Of a stretch of DNA of 64,000 bases, positions 20,196 to 29,762 are shown piece after piece. The stretch covers positions 1,632,001-1,696,000 of the forward strand of contig CAVRBU010000002.1 in the NCBI GenBank assembly GCA_963719315.1, given 5' to 3'. The stretch comes from an uncultured Planctomycetota bacterium. Its GTDB lineage: Bacteria > Planctomycetota > Planctomycetia > Pirellulales > Lacipirellulaceae. Every line of letters begins with the position of its first letter. Positions within the stretch are counted from its first letter, which is position 1. The notes below the pieces were generated by a model. It was not told the DNA's origin. It searched no databases and worked only from the letters and a program-made list of their open reading frames with translations. The position numbers and the translations under genes are program-made.

Positions 20196-20441
20196 ATGTC
20201 CACTCTATCTGAAGAATTACAGAGTTTTTACCACTTCGCTGAACTGCGCTTGCAAAGCGATCGTCACGGCGAAAGTTTGGATGAGACATACGCCGCGTGG
20301 CGCACCGGCAATCCATCGCTCCAGACGCACGAATCCGACGTTTGTGTTGTTCGGGCATCGTTGCGTGATATGGACGAGGGTAACACCGGCCGGCCCATTC
20401 AGGATTTTGCTGCCGAGTTTCGGCAGCGGAATGGGTTATAG
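20196..20441 (+). CDS. Putative antitoxin partner of the downstream ParE-like toxin
   Basis: 81 aa, ends LRDMDEGNTGRPIQDFAAEFRQR; 6 nt upstream of a ParE-like remnant. Confidence 0.6.
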   Translation: MSTLSEELQSFYHFAELRLQSDRHGESLDETYAAWRTGNPSLQTHESDVCVVRASLRDMDEGNTGRPIQDFAAEFRQRNGL

Positions 20442-20447
20442 CGCGGC

Positions 20448-20770
20448 ATGGAGTACACCGTTCGATTGCTTCCGCGGGCAGAATTCGACGCACAACAAAT
20501 CTAAAATTGGATCAAGGAGCGGTCCGTCCAGGGTGCGCACCATTGGTGGTTAGCGTTTGAAGTGGCGTGCGATCGGCTTAAGGTGCAGCCGTTAAGCCAC
20601 TCACTGGCACCGGATGCCGAAGAAGCAGGTCGCAATGTTCGGCAAATCCTTTTCAGAACTCGGCAAGGTATTTTTACCGGGCACTCTACGTGATTGTCGA
20701 AAGTGAAGTGCGAATTCTGCGTGTGCGGGGCTCCGGCCAGCCCGATCTAGCGGACGATGAGTTCTACTAA
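20448..20770 (+). pseudogene. RelE/ParE-family toxin, disrupted
   Basis: MEYTVRLLPRAEFDAQQI*NWIKERS..GA..W...VRQILFRTRQG/frameshift/YRALYVIVESEVRILRVRG; one in-frame stop and one frameshift. Confidence 0.8.
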
Positions 20771-20793
20771 AACGTTGCCAGGTAGATAAGCCG

Positions 20794-21384
20794 ATGGGGC
20801 GAATTCAGGAGCACCAAATCCCCTGCGACATCGCCACTTGCAGTGAGCGGGCTGTTTTTCACCTTTCATGGATTCAGACGCGGAATTGTGCGCGCAATCA
20901 ACATTTGTGCGAAGAGCACGCTCAGTCCGTTCTGTCAAACCATAACTTTGACGTACCGGTCGGAGTTGGACAACCTGCACGTACAGAGAGTGCCCAATGC
21001 TTCGACATCGACCTCGTCGTAGTAGCTGAAACATATGACGAGCAGGTTGTGTACTTGCGAGAGGTAGGAGGCAATCGCTTCTTTCCAATGTTGATAGGGA
21101 TCTTTGAGGCCACCAGCCTGGATCGTGCACTAAAAGGCTTCAAGGCGCCGCGCCCATTAACACATGACGCAATGTTTGACACGATATGTGCGCTTGAAGG
21201 GGAAATACAAGATGTCGTTATAACTGATTTTGAGAACCGCACATTCTTCACGAATCTTCGGATTCGTCGTTATCATCAAACAGTTTCGGTTGATGTGCGC
21301 CCAAGTGACGCCTTCGTGTTGGCAATTCTAAGCAATAAACCCATTTTCGTATTGGATTCTGTCCTGTCGAAACTCGGCTTGTAA
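20794..21384 (+). CDS. Bifunctional nuclease family (DUF151) protein
   Basis: FPMLIGIFEATSL, PRPLTHD, VDVRPSDAFVLA. Confidence 0.9.
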   Translation: MGRIQEHQIPCDIATCSERAVFHLSWIQTRNCARNQHLCEEHAQSVLSNHNFDVPVGVGQPARTESAQCFDIDLVVVAETYDEQVVYLREVGGNRFFPMLIGIFEATSLDRALKGFKAPRPLTHDAMFDTICALEGEIQDVVITDFENRTFFTNLRIRRYHQTVSVDVRPSDAFVLAILSNKPIFVLDSVLSKLGL

Positions 21385-21398
21385 ACAGACAAAGCAAT

Positions 21399-21887
21399 AT
21401 GACTACTTCAGATCCGCACCATGTTTCAGGCGTACTGGCTCAACTCATGCTTGGACCTGGGGTCGTGCGGCAATTGATCTACGCGATGCCGCCGGAACTG
21501 CGGAAGCGGCGGCCGGCGCCTGGGGTTTGGTCGGCGCACGAGCATGCGGTGCATCTGCCGGCCGTGCAGCCGATCATGTTGCGGCGATTGGAAATGATGC
21601 TCAAAGAACCCGGCTGCACGATCAAGTCGTACGAGCCGTCGCGCGACGATCAGGATGGCGCGCTGTTGAAGCTTGACCTCAACGTCGAAATGGATCGCTT
21701 CGACCGCGAGCGGGCATCGCTCGTCGAGCGGCTCCGCACGCTTACGCCTGAACAGTGGGCGATTACGGCCGAGCACGAAGAGTACTCGCACTATGGAATA
21801 TTTATCATGTTTCGTCACATCGCGCTGCACGACATGCACCACGCGTATAAGATCGAGGAACGTTTGCTGCGGAAGAGCTGGGATTGA
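21399..21887 (+). CDS. DinB family protein
   Basis: RPAPGVWSAHEHAVHL ... HIALHDMHH. Confidence 0.85.
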   Translation: MTTSDPHHVSGVLAQLMLGPGVVRQLIYAMPPELRKRRPAPGVWSAHEHAVHLPAVQPIMLRRLEMMLKEPGCTIKSYEPSRDDQDGALLKLDLNVEMDRFDRERASLVERLRTLTPEQWAITAEHEEYSHYGIFIMFRHIALHDMHHAYKIEERLLRKSWD

Positions 21888-21901
21888 GGGCGCGAAGTAC
21901 A

Positions 21902-22234
21902 CTACGATGACGATGCACGCCGGTCCTTGATTGACAGAGCCTGTACTTCGCGCTCGAGCCGATTCCCCAAACGATCCTTTTCCTTCTCGAGATCGTAGTG
22001 GGACTGGAGATTTACCCAAAACCGCTCCGACGTGCCGAAATAACGAGCTAGTCGCAAGGCGGTATCCGTGCTAATCGCACGCTGACCTCGGACGATTTCG
22101 TTGATTCGCCGCGGCGGCACGCTGGTGTCCTTAGCCAGCCGATATTGGCTTAAGGCGAGCGGCACAAGGAACTCTTCCAGCAGAACCTCGCCTGGGTGGA
22201 TCGGAGGCAACTTTTTGAGGCGGCCCATCATCAA
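21902..22234 (-). CDS. higA: HigA family addiction-module antitoxin
   Basis: PIHPGEVLLEEFL, RRINEIVRGQRAISTDTALRLARYFGTS..FWVNLQ. Confidence 0.95.
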   Translation of the reverse strand: MMMGRLKKLPPIHPGEVLLEEFLVPLALSQYRLAKDTSVPPRRINEIVRGQRAISTDTALRLARYFGTSERFWVNLQSHYDLEKEKDRLGNRLEREVQALSIKDRRASSS

Positions 22235-22237
22235 TTC

Positions 22238-22519
22238 CTAGTGGTAGTCGACGATTTCGACATCGAACGCATCGTTGTCCGACCAATGAAAACAAACTCG
22301 CCATTGGTCGTTGATGCGAATGCTGTATTGTCCCGCACGTTTATCGACCAATTTCTCTAGACGATTTCCGGGCGGGATGCGCAGGTCGCGAAGTAAGCAA
22401 GCCGCGTGCAACAGCAAGAGTTTTCGCAATCCGGTCCGCTGCACATCGCGACTGAATCTCGTGCGGCCTTCGCGATGAAAAACTTTCTCGGTTTCCCGGT
22501 CGCGAAAGGTGCGGATCAT
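22238..22519 (-). CDS. higB: HigB family toxin
   Basis: MIRTFRDRETE, DLRIPPGNRLEKL, YSIRINDQWRVCF, VEIVDYH. Confidence 0.95.
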   Translation of the reverse strand: MIRTFRDRETEKVFHREGRTRFSRDVQRTGLRKLLLLHAACLLRDLRIPPGNRLEKLVDKRAGQYSIRINDQWRVCFHWSDNDAFDVEIVDYH

Positions 22520-22527
22520 ACCAATAA

Positions 22528-22566
22528 ATAATATCTCATGGCGTTATTAACGTCAAGCGTTATTAT
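22528..22566 (-). promoter_or_regulatory. Sigma70-type promoter and operator of higBA
   Basis: Minus strand TTGACG-17 nt-TATTAT ending 8 nt before the ATG (near-leaderless); AATAACGC repeated twice over the promoter. Confidence 0.75.
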
Positions 22567-22748
22567 TGGGCCAACTCCGGCAAAATACGCAACGTGTCTC
22601 ACTCGCTGTCGGTTGGATGCAGGTCGTTGTAAACATTCGTAATTGGGCATTTTGCGGTTTTTTTTATCCACTCAGAACGCTGCTGGGGCCTTGCCCCAGG
22701 CACCCGCGATCTGGCCGGAGGGTGACGACCAGCCGACAGGATCGCTGT

Positions 22749-23273
22749 TCAAGGCTGCCGCTGTTTCCGTTCCCAGAACAGGATCGCGATAATCGTCTTA
22801 CCATCGTGGATTTCGCCGCGGTCGATCATTGCCAGGGCTTCATCCCAGGGAACGATGAGATTTTCGATCTCCTCGTTGGCCTCTCGGGCCGGGTCGCCGG
22901 GGGTCAGATCGCGGGCGACGAAAATCCACAACCGTTCGCTCAGCACACCGGGCGATGGGAAATAGGTCAGGAGTTCCTCGAATTTGCCGGCCCGGAAGCC
23001 CGTTTCTTCCGCCAGTTCGCGGCGGGCCGTTTCCAGCGGCGGCTCGTTGGGTTCGCGCGTTCCGGCTGGGACTTCGATGAGTGTTTCTTCGACCATGAGA
23101 CGGCGGCTGTGGATCAGGCAGACGCGTCCGTCGTTCAAGATGGGCAAGATGGCGACCGATCCTCCGTGCCGGATGAACTGCAGCGTCGCCGCCTGGCCAT
23201 CGGGGCGAATTACGGACTTTTCGACCACTGCAAACCGCCGGTTTTCGTGCAATATGCGTTCTGAAGCGGACAT
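22749..23273 (-). CDS. NUDIX hydrolase (ADP-ribose pyrophosphatase-like)
   Basis: EVPAGTREPNEPPLETARRELAEETG Nudix box, SPG, IHDGKT. Confidence 0.92.
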   Translation of the reverse strand: MSASERILHENRRFAVVEKSVIRPDGQAATLQFIRHGGSVAILPILNDGRVCLIHSRRLMVEETLIEVPAGTREPNEPPLETARRELAEETGFRAGKFEELLTYFPSPGVLSERLWIFVARDLTPGDPAREANEEIENLIVPWDEALAMIDRGEIHDGKTIIAILFWERKQRQP

Positions 23274-23614
23274 ATCGACTAGCCCTTGTGGTTGATTGAA
23301 GGCGTACAACCCCCAGCAGAGCCGGGGGGCTGCCTTTGAACTGAAGAGGCTTGATTTGCGTAAAAGTGGGTAACCCAGCCGCCGAATTGTCGGGGCGGAA
23401 ATGCTACGATTTGGTGGGCGTAAATTGCCATAGCGAGACGGCGTGCTCGCGTTCATTTTTGCAGGCCAGGCCCCAGTTGCGCAGAGACATTTGCCCACGT
23501 TTGACGAGGTTGGTAGGATACATTCGGTCGGCGTGGCTGTCGATTGGCCGCGTGCGCGGCGGCCGCCGCAAAGCAGTTCGGCCCGCAACTTCTTTTGCCC
23601 CTTCGAGACGTCGT

Positions 23615-24661
23615 ATGCCCGGGTGCTCGGTCCAACGCTGGAGTTTGAGCCTAGGGCGTTGGTGGGGCGTCAACGTTTATCTACACATTTTCTTTCTGCT
23701 CTCGGCGCTGCTTGCTCTGACATTCACGCTACCCGACCCGCAACTGGTAAGCGCGGGCCTGATGATGGTCGGCATCCTGCTGGTAAGCGTGGCGTTGCAT
23801 GAGGTGGGCCATTCACTCGCGGCGCTTCGCGTGGGCGGGAAAGTGGATGCAATCGTGCTTGGTCCCGTGGGTGGATTGATTTCGCCCCGCGTGCCGGACG
23901 AGCCGGAGAGCCATTTGTTTGTCGCGCTCGCCGGGCCGATCGTGCATTTGTTGTTGGCCGTGATCGCAGCCATTGCGCTCGCTATGGCTGGCAACACGCA
24001 GTTGTTGGGTTTGCTGAATCCGCTCGCGACGCCGCAGGATTTGGTCGAGCCAGGCGGAACGGCGCTCATCGCCGCCAAGATCGCGTTGTGGTTGAACTGG
24101 AATCTCATGCTGTTGAATTTGTTGCCGGCCTACCCGTTTGATGGCGGGCCAGTTCTGCGAGCCATGCTGTGGCCCGCGCTCGGGCGGCGCTCGGCCCGCG
24201 TGGTAACGGCCCGCGTGGCGATGGGGATCGCAGTGCTCTTGTGCGCGTCGTCACTAGTAACGGTTGCCGGCGATTTTGAGATGCGATTTCCGATGTGGAT
24301 TCCGCTAGTCACTTTGGGTTTGTTCTTGTTCTTCAGTGCCCGCCAGGATCTGGCGACGGCGACACCCGAGTGGAACGACGAACCGGCCGGTTACCAGGTA
24401 AGCTCCGATGGTTTGGATTTGCTCGACGTGACGTGGACGGCCGACGAGGAGGGGGATGGCGTACTGGTCGAGCATCAGCAACGTGCGTCGGCGGAGCAGA
24501 ATCGGCGGACGCAGGAAGCGGTCGAGGACGCGCGCGTGGACGACATTTTGGCCCGGCTCCACGATTCGAGTTGGGAGGCACTCTCGCCGGACGAAATCGC
24601 CGTTCTGCAGCGGGCGAGTCAGCGCTATCGCGAGCGCCGGCTTCAGTCGGACGATGCGTAG
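23615..24661 (+). CDS. Site-2 protease (peptidase M50) family
   Basis: LHEVGH, ALAGP, NLLPAYPFDGG; multiple TM segments; C-terminal VDDILARL domain. Confidence 0.9.
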   Translation: MPGCSVQRWSLSLGRWWGVNVYLHIFFLLSALLALTFTLPDPQLVSAGLMMVGILLVSVALHEVGHSLAALRVGGKVDAIVLGPVGGLISPRVPDEPESHLFVALAGPIVHLLLAVIAAIALAMAGNTQLLGLLNPLATPQDLVEPGGTALIAAKIALWLNWNLMLLNLLPAYPFDGGPVLRAMLWPALGRRSARVVTARVAMGIAVLLCASSLVTVAGDFEMRFPMWIPLVTLGLFLFFSARQDLATATPEWNDEPAGYQVSSDGLDLLDVTWTADEEGDGVLVEHQQRASAEQNRRTQEAVEDARVDDILARLHDSSWEALSPDEIAVLQRASQRYRERRLQSDDA

Positions 24662-24704
24662 GGCTCGTAGGACAGTCTGGAGTTGCTGCGCGTTCATTCC
24701 TGGT

Positions 24705-24780
24705 GGTTGAATTGGAGTTCAACGACCCTCCAGCTGCGCTGGAGGCTCGTCCGCCGCGGCGGACTCGACCCCAGCCACCC
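24705..24780. repeat. REP-like element (same family as 18034-18132)
   Basis: GGCTCGTCCGCCGCGGCGGACTCGACCCCAGCCACCC identical to the end of the 18034-18132 copy. Confidence 0.85.
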
Positions 24781-24971
24781 TCTCGTCATGCCTGTGATGT
24801 ACTGTAGTTCTCTTCGGTACAGGTTGCACAATCGGCTCGTTCGATGCGAGCGGCACTCGACGCCAAATTGCCGTGCCACTTCTGGGCATGTCGGTAAGCA
24901 CGATGCACCATCGGAGACGCAAATATCGTATGGTTTTTCGTGGATTATCCTGGCGAATCGGTGTGTCTTCG

Positions 24972-24988
24972 CCGGAACGCTAATTGCG
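24972..24988 (+). promoter_or_regulatory. Candidate sigma54 promoter
   Basis: CCGGAACGCTAATTGCG: GG-N10-GC with TTGC, about 35 nt upstream of the HD-GYP start. Confidence 0.5.
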
Positions 24989-25021
24989 AAAAAACCGGTC
25001 TGCCGATAGAGAGAGCCCATC

Positions 25022-26773
25022 GTGGCGACAATGTTCTACGATGAAAACGCCGCGCCGATCGCGCCGATGAACGGCAGTTTGGCGCCCGCCAACGTCGATC
25101 CGACGCTGCCCAACGAAGCGCATCAGATGCTGCGCTCGTTGGAGCGATCGTTCGGCCAGCCGTTTTCGGTCGTGGGTTGCGCGACTGGCCAGATGGTTCG
25201 CACAGCCCCTGGCAGCTTGCCGGTTGATCTTTACCCGCGACTGGCGAGTTGCGAAAAAATCGCCGAGCGGGGCCGACCCGAGTTCTTGGACGAGGTCAGC
25301 CCGCTTCTATTGCTTGCCGTCCCGCTCACTGATGAGGGGACGAATTGCAGTTTGGTCGCCGTCGCTACGTTCGTAACCGAGCGTGTGACGACCGTCGCTG
25401 AAGTCGCCGCCGCTGCCCACGAGTTTGGTCTCGATAGCGAAGTACTATTTTCCTGGGCCAAAGCACAATCGCCATGGCCACCGCAGGGCTTGCTGGAATT
25501 GGCTGGCGCGGTGGCCGAGCGCGCGACGCTGCAGCAATCGGCCGCGCAGATCAAGCGGCAGATGGCGGATATTTCCTCACATCTGTTGATGACGTTCGAG
25601 GAAATCACGCTGCTGCACCGGCTTACCGAACACCTTTCGATCGCGAAGAGCGTCACCGATATTTGCGAGATGTCGGTGAATTGGCTGGGGGACGTAATTC
25701 CGGCTAAGAGTGTCGCCATTTGGTTCGAATCGTTTGGCGACGTGGACAGCCAACGAACATTGGGCCACGATTCGGATGGCAGCGCGATGCTGATCGCCCA
25801 CGGCGATTGTCCGCTCGGGCAAGACGACTTTGCCAAGTTCATGGAGCGGCTCGGGCCTCGCGTGGCAACCGAGCCGGTCGTGCTGAATCGTGCCGCCACG
25901 AGCTCTCCCACCTGGTATTACCCGGACGTTCGCGAAATCATCTCGGTACCGATCCGCGAGGGAACTCGGCTGTTTGGTTGGCTGCTGGCACTCAATCACA
26001 CGGGCGCCGGCGATGTCACGAACAGCGAAGGCGAGTTCGGCACGGTGGAAGCCTGCTTGATGGCCAGCGTGGCCACGATTCTGGGCATCCACTGCGGCAA
26101 CATCGCGCTCTATCAAGAGCAATCGGAATTCTTTAGCAGCGTCGTGCGGGCACTCACGTCGGCGATCGACGCCAAGGACCCGTACACCTGTGGTCACAGC
26201 GATCGCGTGGCCCGGCTTTCGGTTTGCCTGGCCAAGCAATTGGGATGCGACAAGGAAGACTTGAACACGATCTACCTTTCGGGGCTGTTGCACGACATCG
26301 GCAAGATCGGCATCGACGACAATGTGCTCCGCAAACCGGGCGCGCTGACTCCGGAAGAGTTCGAACATATCAAAACGCACCCGGATCTTGGCTGCCAAAT
26401 CCTAGACGGCGTAAAGCAGCTCGACAAAGTGATGCCGGTGGTGCGCCATCACCACGAGGCGTGGAACGGGGCCGGCTACCCGGCCGGGCTGAAGGCCGAT
26501 GAAACGCCGTTCTTGGCGCGCGTGGTGGCGGTGGCGGACTCGATCGATGCGATGTCGAGCGACCGGCCGTACCGTAAAGGCATGCCCGACGAGAAGCTGG
26601 ACGCTATTCTCCGCGACGGAGCGGGGAAACAGTGGGATCCGAGGATTGTCGAGGCCGTATTTCAGGTGCGCGATGAATTACGCAGCATCGGCCGAGAAGA
26701 TCGGCATCCGTTGGCGCTGGATGTCGACCACTGGCAATCGGATTCGCCGGCTGCGAGTTCCACGAACGTCTAA
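25022..26773 (+). CDS. GAF-like + HD-GYP cyclic-dinucleotide phosphodiesterase
   Basis: AIDAKDPYTCGHSDRV, LLHDIGKIG, HHEAWNGAGYP.GL, VADSIDAMSSDRPYR. Confidence 0.93.
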   Translation: MATMFYDENAAPIAPMNGSLAPANVDPTLPNEAHQMLRSLERSFGQPFSVVGCATGQMVRTAPGSLPVDLYPRLASCEKIAERGRPEFLDEVSPLLLLAVPLTDEGTNCSLVAVATFVTERVTTVAEVAAAAHEFGLDSEVLFSWAKAQSPWPPQGLLELAGAVAERATLQQSAAQIKRQMADISSHLLMTFEEITLLHRLTEHLSIAKSVTDICEMSVNWLGDVIPAKSVAIWFESFGDVDSQRTLGHDSDGSAMLIAHGDCPLGQDDFAKFMERLGPRVATEPVVLNRAATSSPTWYYPDVREIISVPIREGTRLFGWLLALNHTGAGDVTNSEGEFGTVEACLMASVATILGIHCGNIALYQEQSEFFSSVVRALTSAIDAKDPYTCGHSDRVARLSVCLAKQLGCDKEDLNTIYLSGLLHDIGKIGIDDNVLRKPGALTPEEFEHIKTHPDLGCQILDGVKQLDKVMPVVRHHHEAWNGAGYPAGLKADETPFLARVVAVADSIDAMSSDRPYRKGMPDEKLDAILRDGAGKQWDPRIVEAVFQVRDELRSIGREDRHPLALDVDHWQSDSPAASSTNV

Positions 26774-26783
26774 AGCATCTGCG

Positions 26784-26848
26784 GTAGCTGAACTCGCAAG
26801 CGTTCAGCCCAATTTCGGAACGGCTGAATTCTTGCGAATTCAGCTTCA
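26784..26848. repeat. GTAG-capped REP-like inverted doublet
   Basis: GTAGCTGAACTCGCAAGCGTTCAGC ... GCTGAATTCTTGCGAATTCAGCTTC. Confidence 0.7.
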
Positions 26849-26868
26849 ACTTTTGATATGATGGGCGG

Positions 26869-27345
26869 ATGGCCCGCGAGGAATCGAACCGCGAAGACTT
26901 GCTCGGCGAGGCGAAGGCGCTCGTTGAGCGTATCGAGCTAGTGACCGCTACAGGTATGGCCATTGTTGCCGGCTTTCGAGCGGACGGCGCGTTCAGCATC
27001 TTCTTCGACGAGGACCCCGCCTACCATTTCAACGCGGCCGGCGAGTTGCACCGCGCCTATTGTGACGGATTGTTGATCAAGGCTACGCAAGGCCAACTTG
27101 TTTCATTGCACCGCGTGCGCACCGAGCACGAAATTCAATTGGTGCGCCATACGTTGACGGATGCTGAGCAAGAAACGTTCTTATCGGCTATGAAGGGTCA
27201 CTTGTCCCGGCTGACCGAATTGATCGTGGCCGGCGAATTTGAAGCAACGCGCCAATTGCCACCGGACGCCGACGTGCTCGGCCGCGTACAGGAATGGATT
27301 GCAGCGCACGAAGAATGGCCGATCGCGGAACGGCCGAATGTTTGA
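26869..27345 (+). CDS. Conserved hypothetical protein
   Basis: 158 aa ORF, MAREESNREDLL, fills the gap with plausible composition. Confidence 0.7.
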   Translation: MAREESNREDLLGEAKALVERIELVTATGMAIVAGFRADGAFSIFFDEDPAYHFNAAGELHRAYCDGLLIKATQGQLVSLHRVRTEHEIQLVRHTLTDAEQETFLSAMKGHLSRLTELIVAGEFEATRQLPPDADVLGRVQEWIAAHEEWPIAERPNV

Positions 27346-27375
27346 ATGCAAGAAGGCTCGTAATTAAGAACAGGA

Positions 27376-27434
27376 ACGCTAATCTCCACTAACGTTCGCT
27401 AATCTGGATTAATGATTATTAACGGAGATTAGTG
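27376..27434. repeat. Inverted ~9-bp-period repeats (CGCTAAT type)
   Basis: acgctaatctccactaacgttcgctaat ... attaacggagattagtg between convergent genes. Confidence 0.65.
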
Positions 27435-28364
27435 TTCCGGTTCTTCGGTTCTTGTTCCCCTTGGCGGAAGTTCAACGATTTCACATTCGCCGACCGGCGA
27501 CGTGAGCTTTGTTCCCTGGGCACTCGCTTCACGGCGGACCATGGCCAGCGCGAGCGGCGTATTTAGTTGCGGCGAAAAGGCGGATGATTTGACCCGACCG
27601 ACGCTAGCGCCGTCTCGAGTGAGCACCATTCCGGGATGGAGTTCGTTATTGCTGGAAAATCGCACATCGACAATGCGTTGGTTCACGTGCCCTAGCGCAT
27701 CGATGCGAGCCACTGTTTCCTGACCGAGGTAGCAGCCTTTGGTGAAGCTGATCGCCTCGCGGTCGCGGCCCACTTCCTGCGGCAAGTTGTGCTCGTCGAA
27801 ATCGACGCCAAATAATGGCACTCCTGCCTCAATTCGCGCCGCATCAAACCCAAAAGATCCAACAAGCTGGATCCCTCGCTCGGAGGATTGGCGGGACAGA
27901 ATCGGCATCTCGATCGGTACAACTTCGAAAACGCGAGCCGCATCATTGCCGATCAGATTCCACGAGAAAGACACCGCGGTGAGATCAACGGATGCCGCCG
28001 ACAGCAGATAATCGCGTTCATTCGTTGAGTCTCGCAGTTGGACATCCTCGCGGATGATATAGCGGTCCAGGTGCTCGAAGAGCGGCTGGGCCTGCCCAGG
28101 GGCACCGACGAATACCAGTTCCTCGTCGCGACAAGTGACCAGGCCGTGGCCGACGATTTTACCTTTGACGTTCAAGAAGAACGCTTCGCAGCCGTCGCCT
28201 GGTTTGAGCGGCTTGACGTCGTTCGTGCAGAAACTTTGCAGAAACGAACAACGGTCGCGTCCTGTGACCGTCACGCTCGACCAACCTGAGAGTGCGTAAA
28301 ACCCGCCGCCGGATCGGAGAGCGTTGCATTGCTCGGCGACAAGTACTTGTTCTTCATTCGTCAT
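27429..28364 (-). CDS. YgfZ/GcvT-like folate-binding protein
   Basis: ARIEAGVP, ISFTKGCYLGQETVARI YgfZ signature. Confidence 0.92.
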   Translation of the reverse strand: MTNEEQVLVAEQCNALRSGGGFYALSGWSSVTVTGRDRCSFLQSFCTNDVKPLKPGDGCEAFFLNVKGKIVGHGLVTCRDEELVFVGAPGQAQPLFEHLDRYIIREDVQLRDSTNERDYLLSAASVDLTAVSFSWNLIGNDAARVFEVVPIEMPILSRQSSERGIQLVGSFGFDAARIEAGVPLFGVDFDEHNLPQEVGRDREAISFTKGCYLGQETVARIDALGHVNQRIVDVRFSSNNELHPGMVLTRDGASVGRVKSSAFSPQLNTPLALAMVRREASAQGTKLTSPVGECEIVELPPRGTRTEEPEH

Positions 28365-28386
28365 TCTTCGTTCCAGCGCCTTCGCC

Positions 28387-29610
28387 CTACTCTGTCACCG
28401 TCACAACGGCGTGCTGGGCGTTTTCCACAACGATAAAGCTTTCTTGCCGCCCGGCGAGCCGCATCAAGTCGTCGATGCTTTCGACCGGAGCGAGGCCCAG
28501 TTCCTCCACGCTTTCGGAGTCCAATTGGCTGAGAAAATACACGGGACCGCGCTGCAACGCTCGAACGAGATGCCACGCCGTCCATGTGTCGGCGTCGTAG
28601 TCGTGAGCGATTTTTCTGGCAACTCGATCGAGGTCGGGGTTGCCGACGAGTCGGCCAAGCGACTTGCCGAGGGGGTCGTCCAGGTTGGAGCAGATTGCGA
28701 CTGCCCCGCCTTCTTCCAATACCTCCTCCGCGGCTGCGAGCGCACGGCCAACATTCGCCCAGGTTTGCGTCTGCGAGTCGCCGGTGATCGTCGCGACCAC
28801 CAGACTTACGCGCTGCGGACTGTGGAGCAACCACTGTTCGCGGCAGAGCTCGTCGCTACGCCGGGCGACGGCCTGCGGCTCGCCGGCTACGATGTGGGCC
28901 ACCGTCTCGCCGGGGCCTGGCACGACCTGCACGGTCATTGGCACACCGATCATCCAGCCGGCCTCGTCGCCCTCGCTCCGCTTTCTTTTGCGATGGGTGA
29001 TCGCGTCGCGCTCAGCGGGTGTTTGATACTTCGCCACCGTATCGACATCGGAAAAGCGCGGGTACAAGCTGTCGTAGGCGTTGTTGCGGCCGATCCTCGC
29101 GCAACCGATTGGCAGCACGAGGTCGGCTTCGAAAATCGTGCGATTCACGAGCAGCGGCTGGCCACGCTTCGTGGCACCGACCAGGCAAAGGTTCTTTTCG
29201 TCGGCCGGATCGTGGACAACGAATTGCGGCCCTGGCTCGATGCTCGCCCCGGTTTGCGCGTCGGTCGTAACGATCGCGATCTCTTGCGAGTCGACCCCGG
29301 CAATTTGCAGCGATTGCACGGCGCCGCGAACCAAGCTCGCCATGCACGGCGTCGCGCTATCCACGGCAATCGCGACGCGATCGCCCGGTACGATGCCGGC
29401 CGACAGCGGCGGGAAATTGAGCGGTTTGGCCAGTGCGCGCGCAATGGCAGCCGCCGGATCAGAGAGCGCGACCACGCTGTTCGACTTTGCTTCACGCGTC
29501 AAGTGCACACCTCCGCCGTCGGCCTGGGCGATGCGGGCGGCAATCTCGTCGATCGGGTGTAGTGACTTGACCAAGTGCGGCTCGATGCTAGATGCTAGGG
29601 CTTGTCTCAT
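28387..29610 (-). CDS. Lactate racemase (LarA/DUF2088)-like domain protein (start uncertain)
   Basis: ALAKPLNFPPL, GDRVAIAVD, VVHDP, LLVNRTIFEADLVLPIG. Confidence 0.7.
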   Translation of the reverse strand: MRQALASSIEPHLVKSLHPIDEIAARIAQADGGGVHLTREAKSNSVVALSDPAAAIARALAKPLNFPPLSAGIVPGDRVAIAVDSATPCMASLVRGAVQSLQIAGVDSQEIAIVTTDAQTGASIEPGPQFVVHDPADEKNLCLVGATKRGQPLLVNRTIFEADLVLPIGCARIGRNNAYDSLYPRFSDVDTVAKYQTPAERDAITHRKRKRSEGDEAGWMIGVPMTVQVVPGPGETVAHIVAGEPQAVARRSDELCREQWLLHSPQRVSLVVATITGDSQTQTWANVGRALAAAEEVLEEGGAVAICSNLDDPLGKSLGRLVGNPDLDRVARKIAHDYDADTWTAWHLVRALQRGPVYFLSQLDSESVEELGLAPVESIDDLMRLAGRQESFIVVENAQHAVVTVTE

Positions 29611-29735
29611 TATTTGTTGCAAGTCCCTTCCTGCCGGAAGGGACCGTCTCGAATCAACGAACTTTGCGATGACGCCAAGGCCCCGCTCGGCAAGCGGAAC
29701 CTACTTCCAGCATCTAGCATCTAGCAGTCAGCATC
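29585..29735. repeat. REP doublet nested inside inverted 7-bp repeats
   Basis: atgctagatgctag - GTCCCTTCCTGCCGGAAGGGAC - CCCGCTCGGCAAGCGGAACCTAC - agcatctagcatctagca; the same REP pair occurs at 35533-35620 and a half copy at 51437-51462. Confidence 0.75.
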
Positions 29736-29762
29736 AAGGCGCCCCCAGAGGAGGACAATGCG

